The notes below the pieces were generated by a model. It did no database searches. It was not told the DNA's origin and saw nothing but the letters and a program-made list of their open reading frames with translations. This document shows positions 23,445 to 34,993 of a stretch of 64,000 bases of DNA, piece by piece. Every line of letters starts with the position of its first letter. The stretch's first letter is position 1. The DNA is from Octopus bimaculoides (lineage: Eukaryota): the NCBI RefSeq assembly GCF_001194135.2, contig NC_069009.1, positions 8,708,392 to 8,772,391 of the forward strand, written 5' to 3'. The position numbers and the translations under genes are program-made.

Positions 23445-23880
23445 AATTACCTCTGCCAAGGAAGGAGGTTATGTTTTCATTGGCGTTGGTTTGTCCGTCT
23501 GTCTGTCTGTGTGCAAAATAACTAAAAAAGTTGTGAACAGTATTTGATGAAACTTGCAAAAAAAGTTGGTAATGACACAAGGAACAGATGATGAAATTTC
23601 GGTAGGGATCCAGGAATTTTTATGGATTCTTGAAAGATTTTTCATTTGTTATATTTACTTTACATGAAGTATTACAATGTTACAGTCTTTGATTATCTCC
23701 CTTGAAAACACGTTCATCGTTTCCACGTAACCTATGGTGACGTTGCTGTTTCCAAAGTTTATTTTCGTTTCTCTATTAGTAATTTTACTTGCGTATCTAT
23801 CTTAAAATGAGCTTGGCGGAGGATGACATGACAAGCCTTGACTATTGGGATTTGCTCCCTCCACCGCCGCTGTGAGCTCT
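23445..23880 (+). mobile_element. Helentron-associated (HINE/DINE-1-like) non-autonomous element; shorter relative at ~24790-24921
   Basis: Subterminal inverted repeats cctctgccaag (23450) and cttggcggagg (23812) with an internal (GTCT)n. The relative ends ttggcggaggcc...tgcttttCTAGtt. Family assignment is inference. Confidence 0.5.
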
Positions 23881-24092
23881 ATATCATCTGTATGATGTAG
23901 AAAATATTCCATCAACATTGCCCATTTTAAAAATTTGTCNNNNNNNNNNNNNNNNNNNNNNNNNNNNNNNNNNNNNNNNNNNNNNNNNNNNNNNNNNNNN
24001 NNNNNNNNNNNNNNNNNNNNNNNNNNNNNNNNNNNNNNNNNNNNNNNNNNNNNNNNNNNNNNNNNNNNNNNNNNNNNNNNNNNNNNNNNNNN

Positions 24093-24420
24093 ATCTGTCC
24101 ACTACAGAAATGTCTGTGTCGTATCACAACACTGACAGAACTATTTCATCTCAATTGGCCCTACTCTCTTCAACATCGTGCCAGACACACATAAAGGAGG
24201 AAAGTGACTTCATGGCATTCAAACGATCCCTAGATGATTACCCCCAACAAATACCAGATAAACCAGCCACACCTAGATATATCTCTGAAAACAATAACCC
24301 TCTGCTTGAATGGGCTACGGTTCCCCAGAGCTGACTGTATATCTCTTTCAGGTGGTGCTATTAAATTAGACATGGCCTGAGTCAACTTTGGCCGAAACTT
24401 ATCTAAGTAATCTAATCTAT
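24093..24420 (+). mobile_element. 3' end of a CR1/Jockey-group LINE
   Basis: Frameshifted GPTLFNIVP..IKEESDFMAFKRSLDDYPQQIPDKP...NNPLLEW, a typical LINE ORF2 terminus. Confidence 0.6.
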
Positions 24421-25142
24421 TCTGTAACCTTTTAATCAAAGCACGACAACGTGGGTAGAGGCTGTATCTTAACATTTCTGATGGTCTTAAGTATAAAAAA
24501 AAATTATGGAAGATTTGTATAGATCTACATTCAGAGTATGTCTATAAGCTATTGTGTTTAGATAGACCTGGTTTCTATCCTCGAACTCTTCCATTTTGTA
24601 GATGCAATTTTGTTTTTAATAAAGCATTCCGAAATTAGAAAAAATCAAAAAACTGCAACAATCTCGGTCTCATGAGTATCGGATAATGGATTTTCAACCG
24701 TGCAAAGAAACTGATTGTGGTGATTGCAGTTTTGACGTTGATTGTGGTGAAAGCAGAGACAGGGTTGATGATGACGATGGTCGAGATAAGTATGAGGGGA
24801 GGAAGATAAAATAGTATCTCTGTTATGTTTTTACCGGCGTTGGTTTGGGAAATTGGGCGATTTTCAGCATGTGCGGAAATAAACTGCTTGGCGGAGGCCT
24901 TTCTCTGAGTGCTTTTCTAGTTTCAAAATGTAACCACATTTGAATCGTTGGCGATTTTCTTCCTCTATCTTCTTTTCCATTGGAGTTTCCTCTGTTTCTG
25001 AAGAAGAGCGTTGCTTGAATTGTTAAACCATATTTCTTTCCTTCCCTCTGCATCTGCTAATACTTTACATGTACCATGTCTGTTCTTATTTTTCTGGATT
25101 TGCTATACAAAGATATAAATATATATATATATATATAGATAC

Positions 25143-25307
25143 ATAGGCGTAGGAGTGGCTGTGTGGTAAGTAGCTTGCTTACGAACCGCATGGTTCCGGG
25201 TTCAGTCCCACTGTGTGGCACCTTGGGCAAGTGTCTTCTACTATACCCTCGGGCCGACCAAAACCTTGTGATTGGATTTGGTAGATGGAAACTGAAAGAA
25301 GCCCGTC

Positions 25308-25339
<32 letters not shown>

Positions 25340-25560
25340 GTATGTATGTTTGTGTGTCTGTGTTTGTCCCCCCCAACATCACTTGACAACCAATGCTGCT
25401 GTGTTTACGTCCCTGTAACTTAGCGGTTCGACAAAAGATACCGATACAATAAGTACTTGGCTTACAAAGACTGAGTCCTAGGGTCAATTTGCTTGACTAA
25501 AGGCAGTGCTCCAGCATGGCCATAGTCAAATGACTGAAACAAGTAAAAGAAATAAAAGAG
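25143..25560 (+). mobile_element. Full-length CORE-type tRNA SINE with an internal (TA)n; representative of the most abundant family here
   Basis: Head ggagtggctgtgtggtaag...gggttcagtccc, CORE-like accttgggcaagtgtc, (TA)n(TG)n, tail cttgacaacc...ccagcatggcc..agtcaaatgactgaaacaagtaaaaga. Related copies at ~6545-6690(-), 11595-11980(+), 28698-29330, 30240-30430, 36270-36700(-), 37030-37260, 37815-38052, 47100-47290(-), 52410-52620, 53640-53870(-), 63790-64000. Confidence 0.85.
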
Positions 25561-25649
25561 ATATAAATACATATAATCATGTATACAAATACATAGTGAA
25601 ACTAATATGTGTATGTAGANNNNNNNNNNTAATCATGTATACAAATACA

Positions 25650-25762
25650 TAGTGAAACTAATATGTGTATGTAGATAGTGAAACTAATATGTGTATGCAG
25701 ATAGTGAAACTAATATGTGTATGCAGATAGTGAAACTAATATGTGTATGCAGATAGTGAAAG
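25650..25762. repeat. 26-bp minisatellite, ~4.5 copies
   Basis: tagtgaaactaatatgtgtatg(c/t)aga starts at 25650, 25676, 25702, 25728 and 25754. Confidence 0.9.
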
Positions 25763-26005
25763 TAATTGAAATTGAAACCATATAACAGTGAAAGCATCAT
25801 CTCACATTACAATATATTTATTGTTTCATTTTGACGCAGAATAGCAAAACTTTAGGCAAGACGTAGAAAAATTCTTTTTGATCCATGAACCCTAAGGAAG
25901 GCATGAATAAAAATTTGAATGAAGTCGGTTGGGTAGTTCTCAAGTTTTAGTGATGCAGACACACATTCTCAATAATACATATACACACACACACATTCTC
26001 AGTAA

Positions 26006-27400
26006 TCTATCTATATATATATAAAATTGAGAATGTATGTCTGTGTGTGTGTGTGTGTGTGAATCCCTAAAACTCCAGAACTACACAACCAATTTCATTC
26101 AAATTTTACACATGCCTTACTTAGGGTCCCATTTGTGTTTTAGTCAAAAAAAAATTTTAACTTCTTGCATACTTCCAGCCCACAGCAACATCATATCTCC
26201 TCCACTATTTGAAACAAAAACACTCATGTCATTCGAACCGGAATCTCAAAAACATTGTTATTATTAAATTTATGCATTTCTAATCAATTTGGAGATATTT
26301 GCTATCGAGTTGCAGATTTTTAACAATGCATTTAGTGATTATTTGCTTTATTTCTTGGGCAAAATTTACAANNNNNNNNNNNNNNNNNNNNNNNNNNNNN
26401 NNNNNNNNNNNNNNNNNNNNNNNNNNNNNNNNNNNNNNNNNNNNNNNNNNNNNNNNNNNNNNNNNNNNNNNNNNNNNNNNNNNNNNNNNNNNNNNNNNNN
26501 NNNNNNNNNNNNNNNNNNNNNNNNNNNNNNNNNNNNNNNNNNNNNNNNNNNNNNNNNNNNNNNNNNNNNNNNNNNNNNNNNNNNNNNNNNNNNNNNNNNN
26601 NNNNNNNNNNNNNNNNNNNNNNNNNNNNNNNNNNNNNNNNNNNNNNNNNNNNNNNNNNNNNNNNNNNNNNNNNNNNNNNNNNNNNNNNNNNNNNNNNNNN
26701 NNNNNNNNNNNNNNNNNNNNNNNNNNNNNNNATCTGGGATAGACCGGCCAGCCCATGACAAAAGGGGGCACCCGCAGAACTACCAGCTCACGAACTGCAT
26801 CTGAAAGTTGGCGCGCCAATCATGCTGCTAAGGAATTTAGATGCTCCGATAATGTGCAATGGTACGCGGATAATTATCAAAAAAGAGTGCTCCCGAGTTC
26901 TGTAGGCAACAATCTTGAATGAACCAGCCACTGGCTAAGACATACTTATAACTCCCATGTCTCTTACCCACAAGTTTAAACAGATGCAATTTCCCATCAA
27001 ACTCTGCTTTCCGATGACAATCAACAAGGCACAGGGACAATCAGTGCAAGCGGTTGGTTTGAATCTGAGAGAGCAAGTATTCTCACATGCACAGTTGTAC
27101 GTTGGCTGTCCCCATGTTCTTTCTATTTGTGCACCCGAGGGAAGGACGAAGAATGTTGTCTACCAAGAGGCACTCCAATGATAACAACGGCAACTTCAAC
27201 TGCTCTAATTTCAACTCCGCAATTTTTTCATCGTCCTGCCAGCCAACGTAAGTCCAGTCTTGCTTTGCTCTCCTTACTAACTCACCATGACATTCTTTTT
27301 TTTTCTACCAAGATCCGTATCCACTTCTTCCTCTTTTTTATGTCTTCGTCTCTCTCTTCGTGTCGTTCTCTGACCGGGTGAAACCGGGCTCAGCTGCTAG
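26006..27400 (+). mobile_element. Internally deleted Helitron with a PIF1-helicase C-terminal remnant
   Basis: 5' A|TCTATCTATATATA; 3' CCGG-GTGAAA-CCGG...CTAG|T. 26770-27181 translates, with stops, HELHLKVGAPIMLLRNL...CNGTR...QFPIKLCFPMTINKAQGQS...VFSHAQLYVG...TKNVVYQEAL, the Helitron PIF1 motifs. Contains an N gap. Confidence 0.9.
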
Positions 27401-28154
27401 TACATATATACACACACGTTTATCTTTCTTTTACTTGTTTCAGTCATTAGACTGGCCATGCTGGGGCACTGCCCTGGAAAATTTTTAGATGAATGAATTG
27501 AATCCCAGTACTTAAGTTTTTTTAAAGCCTAGTACTTATTTTGTCAGTGTCTTTTGCTGAACTGCTATGCTATGGAGACATAAACAGAGCAGCACTGGTT
27601 GTCAATTGGTGGCGTGGGGCAAACACACACAAAACCAAGGTATTTTAATAACAAAGACACCAAAGTAAAGTCAGATCCCTCTCGAGCCTAAGTCATTCTG
27701 TTTTAATGCCTTCTTAACACACTCACCGGTTTGCTGGAAATCGAACCGGTGAGTGTATTAATTAAAACACAATGACTCTCCCCAGACGAAATAGGATTCA
27801 ACACATGAATTCACATAAAGAATCTTGCAAGTCAAATACAAAAATGAAATATATATATGATGGTCTTCTTTCACTGTCCATCTACCAAATCCACTCAGCT
27901 TGAGGCTATAGAAAACACTCGCCCACTTGGTGAATTCTGTTGCTTCTGTTCCAGTTGAACTTAGAGTAGCAAGCAAGTTCAGTGAGAGCTGAAACAGAAT
28001 TAACCATGTAATCCAGTCCCTATGGAACAGGTCGCAGTCTCAAATGACTTATAAACACCTTCCACACTGCAACTGATTTTAGAATGTAATATAATACATA
28101 AGAAATAGAAGACACTACTTGTTTAACGATTAAAAACTTTATTCTTGTATGTGT

Positions 28155-28188
<34 letters not shown>

Positions 28189-28867
28189 AGAGGAGGGTGT
28201 CAGAACTTTGATATGCATAGAGATAACTCTAGATATGTTTCTACATTATTAAATCTCCTCTCTGAATCACTGTCTTACTAGTATTGCCTTAACTTAAGGT
28301 TACTGAGAGATGTAGTATGCATATGCTGTGTGTGTGAATGAAAGAACAGGAGATACATTATGACTCATTAGCTTACAACTGTTTTGGCTACAAGGAAATC
28401 TACCCTCAGAATTGAGTGCTATTGTGACATCATAAAGCTTCTGACAACTGGATAATGGTCCTGCTATATCATTCGACCTAACTCATTGTAAAGCAAATTA
28501 CCACCATGAGTGATATCCAAACTACAGTGGGAAAAGCAAGCCAATGGCTAGAAGAATATTGAGTGAAACCTAGTAACCAGTTGATCTAGCAAGCAAGGCC
28601 TCATTTCAGTGAGAGGAGGCCTGCATAAACTTGCTAGCATCCAGTATGTGGAGCTTTCAACTGGCAGCACTTGCATATGCAAATTGTTTGCAAAAAGGAG
28701 TGGCTATGTGGTAAGAAGCTTGCTTCCCAACCACATGGTTTTGGGTTCAGTCCCACTGTGTAGCACCTTGGGCAAGTGTCTTCTACTATAGCCTTCGGCT
28801 TACCAAAGCCTTGTGAATGGATTTGGTAGACGGAAACTGAAAGAAGCCCATTGTGTGTGTGTGTGTA

Positions 28868-28947
<80 letters not shown>

Positions 28948-29744
28948 TGGAGGAGTGGCTGTGTGGTAAGTAGCTTACTTACTGCAGGCATGCAGAAGCA
29001 CTGCCTTTAGTTGAAGAAATCAGCTACAAATCAACTTTGTAAGCCTAGTACTTATTCTATCAGTATCTTTTGCCAAACCGCTAAGTTACAGGGGCGTAAA
29101 CACACCAACATTGTTTGTCAAAGGATGGTAGAGGGACAAACTCAGACACACACACATATATAAATATGACGGGCTTCTTTCAGTTTCCATCTACCAAATC
29201 CACTCACAAGGCTTTGGTCGGCCCGAGGCTATAGTAGAAGACACTTGCCCAAGGTGTCATGCAGTGGGACTGAACCCAGGGCCATGTGGCTGGGAAGCAA
29301 GCTCCTTACCACACAGCCACACCAGCACCTACATATATATAATATATACATACACACACACACACACACACATGTATGTGTGTGTATATATTATATATAA
29401 TTATTGTATTTGGTGTGCAAGATTCTTGATGAGAAAACATGTATTGAAACATATTTTGATGTATTGGCATAATGACCCTCCCAAAATTCAAATACACACA
29501 CACACACACACACATCCATGTGTGTGTGGTTGTGTGTTTGAAACTGTCATATGGTGGTCTGAGCACCCAAAAGTTTCAAGTTCAATCCCCACTGAAGGTG
29601 GCATTTAAATAACAGGAGGAAGATACTGCCTAGGTGGGCCCAGCTCCCTTAGGCTGAAACACTCGTTTGACAGTTCTTCCTCTGAAAATTTCTCCTGCAG
29701 TCCACCCACCCTGTAGCGAGTTTCCCCTCATTCTCTCCCTCTCA

Positions 29745-29777
<33 letters not shown>

Positions 29778-30367
29778 ATGTAAGGCAAGGCGTAAGTAAC
29801 CGTCATTACATATTTTTCTTTATTGTCGTAAATTTGACTTACAGCTGTTTCCATAGGTTTGTTATTGATAAGTTTATTCAATCAGTCCATTGATCAATTT
29901 CTTCAGAAACATTTCTATGACTCTGATGCAAGTAGCATTAATATTTTAGGTCATTCAATTCTTCTCGAGCAGTCAATGGGCCGATTGAGTAAACATATCC
30001 GTAATGAATCTAAAATGACTACTGGAAACAGCTGTAAGTCAAATTCATTACAATAAAGAAATTTATTTACGCCCTGTCTTGTGTATCATGCTCTGTAAAA
30101 AAACAGTAGAACTGGGACACAACCATGAATTTACAATACAGGATGGTGATGAACCTTGGACCCTGCCACAAGAATACGCAGAGTTCTTGACTAACCTGAA
30201 CAATATTGTTAGCCTGAACTGAAAATCCCTCAGTAATAACTGTGTGATAAGAAGCTTGCTTCCAACCACATGGTTCCACTGCTTGGCTCCCTGGGTAAGC
30301 ATCTTCTATCATAGCCTCAAGCCAACCAAAGCCTTGTGAGTGGATTTGGAAACTGAAAGAAGCTCAT

Positions 30368-30427
<60 letters not shown>

Positions 30428-32034
30428 NNNNNNNNNNNNNNNNNNNNNNNNNNNNNNNNNNNNNNNNNNNNNNNNNNNNNNNNNNNNNNNNNNNNNNNNN
30501 NNNNNNNNNNNNNNNNNNNNNNNNNNNNNNNNNNNNNNNNNNNNNNNNNNNNNNNNNNNNNNNNNNNNNNNNNNNNNNNNNNNNNNNNNNNNNNNNNNNN
30601 NNNNNNNNNNNNNNNNNNNNNNNNNNNNNNNNNNNNNNNNNNNNNNNNNNNNNNNNNNNNNNNNNNNNNNNNNNNNNNNNNNNNNNNNNNNNNNNNNNNN
30701 NNNNNNNNNNNNNNNNNNNNNNNNNNNNNNNNNNNNNNNNNNNNNNNNNNNNNNNNNNNNNNNNNNNNNNNNNNNNNNNNNNNNNNNNNNNNNNNNNNNN
30801 NNNNNNNNNNNNNNNNNNNNNNNNNNNNNNNNNNNNNNNNNNNNNNNNNNNNNNNNNNNNNNNNNTATATATATATATATATATATATATCAAATGTAAT
30901 TTGTGTATGTATATATATATATATGAGTCTAGGACATTTACCCCCCCCCCCCCACAAAGGACAATTACCCCTGAGGACAACAGATGATTTAAAACTTTGT
31001 AATATATTGGAGAGGAGATAATTAACTAAGGAGCGGGGCAGTAATTGTCTTAGGGGGTAGTTGTCATTGGGGGAATTGTCCTGATACAGTATATATGTGT
31101 GTGTGTGTGTGTGTGTAGGGATAAATTATCAAATTATCTCGATGGGTACCATAAGAGCTCTCAGGTATAGTCCAGGTTATGGCTAACCACATGTGGTAAG
31201 AAGCAACAAAGAATGCTTAAGGTGAGCAATCCCACCATAACTCTTCTGATAAGCAAATCCAGGTTCGGTTTGCTTCCCTGGATTATGAATATTTTCAGGA
31301 GTGTAAATCCAAAACAATTACAAGGAAACTTGTACATCATATTTTTTCTTTTCATTATACAGCATAATTAGTTAGTTAAAATGACTGAAATATGTTTCTG
31401 CTGCATAGAATATGTACAGTTGCATATGCAACCTGCAATATTCTGCTCTGCACCTTCATTCAGGGTCTTTCTACAACTGTGGTCTGATGCAAACTGAGTT
31501 TATGTACGGGTAGCTTATATATTTATTTTACTGTGATTTAAGATACAAAAGGAACGTGAAAAGGAGATATTGAAACCTGATATGGCTAGAAAACTTACTT
31601 TGTCTCCGACCTCAAGCTTGACCTTTGTTCCAGGATGAAATAGAGCTCTATACACTAAATTAGGTCAAAGTACATATGTTTTAATACACCTTCATCTATG
31701 TATTAAAAGAAATTAAATAAAAATAAGTTGATAATTGAGTTTTAGATAATATAGAAGTTAATGTGTCCTATGTCTTGCTATGGTTTATAAAAAAGATATT
31801 TTAAGCTGGTGAGAATATCTATAACTACTTAAAAGTTAAACCAAATATTGTCCTGTCATTTACTCCTTAAATTTAGGCACCTCCCATTTGTGTAGCAGAT
31901 ACTGTCCTTATATATATATATATTATTGAATGCATGTGTATGCACATGTACATGCACACACACACACACTATCAAGGAATTTTGTTTCAACTTTGCAAAC
32001 ATAGAAAAGTAGATGATAAAACAACAATGACATA

Positions 32035-32087
<53 letters not shown>

Positions 32088-32103
32088 TGTTTATACACAT
32101 AGT

Positions 32104-33221
32104 TTATACAATGCTCTCTACATTTTGATGTGATGCAGAAGGCATTTGGTTATCAGCCAGTTCTGTAAGTGCATCCCACGAGGATTTCCGAGTGGGAAGT
32201 GTACCATAGTTGGGGTCCATGGTCATCGGTGGGTGTGACGAGAATGATATTTCAGACCCTACCAGAGATGAGGGAGTGTATCTTGCTGATGTAGGGGTCA
32301 CGCTTGGATTTAGTGGTGTCACTGTAGTAGTAACAAAAGGGCTATGTGTTGAGGTCGCATTGTTGCCTGCAAGGGGTTGAGATGTCACAGGGGCAATGGT
32401 AGTGGTTTGGGCTGTATAAGGCCCGGGTGTCAACGACAGTGACATCAGCTGTGCAGAAGGGGCAGTGAAACGAAGATTGGGTTCAAGTCTGGGGCCAGGT
32501 GTTGAGACCCCAGATTCTGAAGGTGGAGATGTGTGTGTGTTAGTGTCTGTGAGTTCGCAGAGTAGTTCCCATGGTGACTTTGTTGACTTCAATGTCTCAG
32601 TTGGTGGGGGTGGAGGAAGACCAGGGTCAGTAACGTTAGTGTTGTTGTTGTAGGCTATGGGTTGGAAGTAAGATTTTGACAAGGCTGGTGGAAGCTTAAC
32701 AGACTGAGAAGAGTGATCTGCACCTCCATTTCCAACGTTTCTGGGGGGCACTGATTTCACTGTTGATTTGAGCAAGGGTTTAGCAAGGGGTACAGGATGC
32801 ACATGCTGTTGTTGGTTCATTGCTGCCCCCCTATCTGTCTGTGTACTCTTCTGGCCACTGGTCTGTGTTGACATTGAAGACTTGTGTGATGAAGTAGACT
32901 TCTTTGGTGTTTGTCTCCCATGTGACAAAGATGAGGTCCCAACAGATTTCTTTCGTGTTCGACCAGTTGAGTAGCTGGGATCACTGGTTGAAGTCTCTGC
33001 AGCAGTTGGTGCAATGATGCTGCCCAGTGACTTGAATGCACGGGCATCCTGCCTTGACATAGGCTGGGTCTGGGCCCCAGAATTGCATAGTGTGAGGTCA
33101 TCCTGAGCATACGAGTCAAGTGAATCAGCGACAGAGGGCCGGCGTTCTTTCTTGCCACGTCGACTGTACAATGAGCTCCTTGATGCAAAGAGCGACTGTC
33201 TGGAGGCAGAGCGACGCAGAG
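32104..33221 (-). CDS. Terminal coding exon of the same gene: Ser/Thr/Pro-rich tail ending ...QNVESIV*
   Basis: Acceptor tttctctcctcacag|CT (phase 1) continues in frame into the 355-aa ORF 33171-32104 (PLRRSASRQSLFASRSSLYSRRGKKERRPSV...). The four exons total 2699 nt, which plus one upstream base gives 900 codons including the stop. Confidence 0.88.
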
Positions 33222-33364
33222 CTGTGAGGAGAGAAATAGAAATGGCACACAGTTATCAATCAGAAATCTGTGCATATGTATATACATACACACATATATA
33301 TATATGTTAATATCAAACAGTGAGACTGAATGCTCAACACTGCATCAGTGGATAAATGTTTTCT

Positions 33365-33764
33365 ATTCGTGGGGTGGCCCAGAATATCATTGGTTTTATG
33401 TTGGGAGAGATATCTCTCAACAATTATTCAAGTTTGTACTTTGGGATGTTGGAGTTCGTTTCCATCTTAGATGAACACCAACATCCCAAGGTACAGACTT
33501 AAATAATTGTTGAGCGATATCTCTCCCAACATGAAACCAACAGTAGTCTAGTCACCCCATGAATAAACTATCTCTCTATTTATCTACATATATATTATAA
33601 AACAGTTTGATTCAGTTCCATGTGACTTAAAGTTTCACAGGCCTCAAGCAGAAGCCCATCTCTTTTAGGTTTTAGATACTGAATTTAGTAACCTAAAGTC
33701 TGAAAGAGATGGGCTTCTGTTAGAGGCCTGCAAAACTAAGTTGTATAGAACTGAATCAAACTGT
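33365..33764. repeat. Two adjacent long imperfect hairpins (33365-33564 and 33602-33764)
   Basis: Arm pairs ttggttttatgttgggagagatatctctcaacaattatt... / ...aataattgttgagcgatatctctcccaacatgaaaccaa, and acagtttgattcagttc...cagaagcccatctcttt / aaagagatgggcttctg...gaactgaatcaaactgt. Confidence 0.92.
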
Positions 33765-33847
33765 CTTAAATAATACATATAACTCCTACTAAATGTACTG
33801 AGTGTCCTTTTCTTTCATTTGTTTACTCACTGGTGTGTATTTTTTTT

Positions 33848-33910
<63 letters not shown>

Positions 33911-34295
33911 TTGTGTGTATTTATGTGTGCATGTGTGTGTCTGTATATACATAAATACACACTATATATACACTGTAGTCTGGATCAATATGAAATAACT
34001 AGTGAGACAAGGCTGCAGAAGGTGGAATAATTATGTTGTTAAATACAGTTAATAGGATGAACAGTTTGCTACCTCAAGTTTCACCAAATGAATTGCATAA
34101 TAATCTTATTCTAAGGAATTCCTGTTTAACAAGGAAACATTTCAGTAATTCTCTACAGTGGAACTGTAAACTTGGTAGAATATTTTAACTCTACCTGTGT
34201 ACAACAGGCTCACACTCAGTGAGACCATCTCACGCTCTGCTTGCCTTCTATACTTCTAATAGCATTGTAAAAACATAGCATTTCAAGAATATCAA

Positions 34296-34331
<36 letters not shown>

Positions 34332-34993
34332 TGGGTATATAGCCCAGATTACAGAATTCTGAGATATCATGTTGAACATGTACTATAAAAGACATCCTAC
34401 ATAACACATGAAAATTAATCATTAGTTGCCTGAATGGTTACGGTATTACACAAGATTGATTATGTTGAATAGTGATGAAACAATTGTAAATGAAGAATTA
34501 AAATGATTTGCTAGAGCCAGTCTTTGTTATTAGTCATTTCATACACACACACACACTTTGGGTTGTCACATGAATTCCTTTGTTTTTTTCCCATTTATTT
34601 TAATTCTTTTCAATGTTATTTGAATTAACATGAAAAATATCTTTATGTGCTATGTTTTATTTTGCTTTTGTTTTTGAAATCTTAATAAATTTTACCGATT
34701 TTCAAATATATGACAAAGGAGTACCATATATAAAAAACAAATTTATCTGATAACCCAATACACACACATATAGAGAGATACATTATATATACATACATAT
34801 ATATTTACACATATATATATATATATACATAAATATATATACATATACATACATATATATTTACACATATATATACACACACATATATATATACATAAAT
34901 ATATATACATATACATACATATATATATGTATATATATTTATTTATACATTTAAAATAAAGTCATATGACTTCAGGAAATCTAGTTTACTCAC

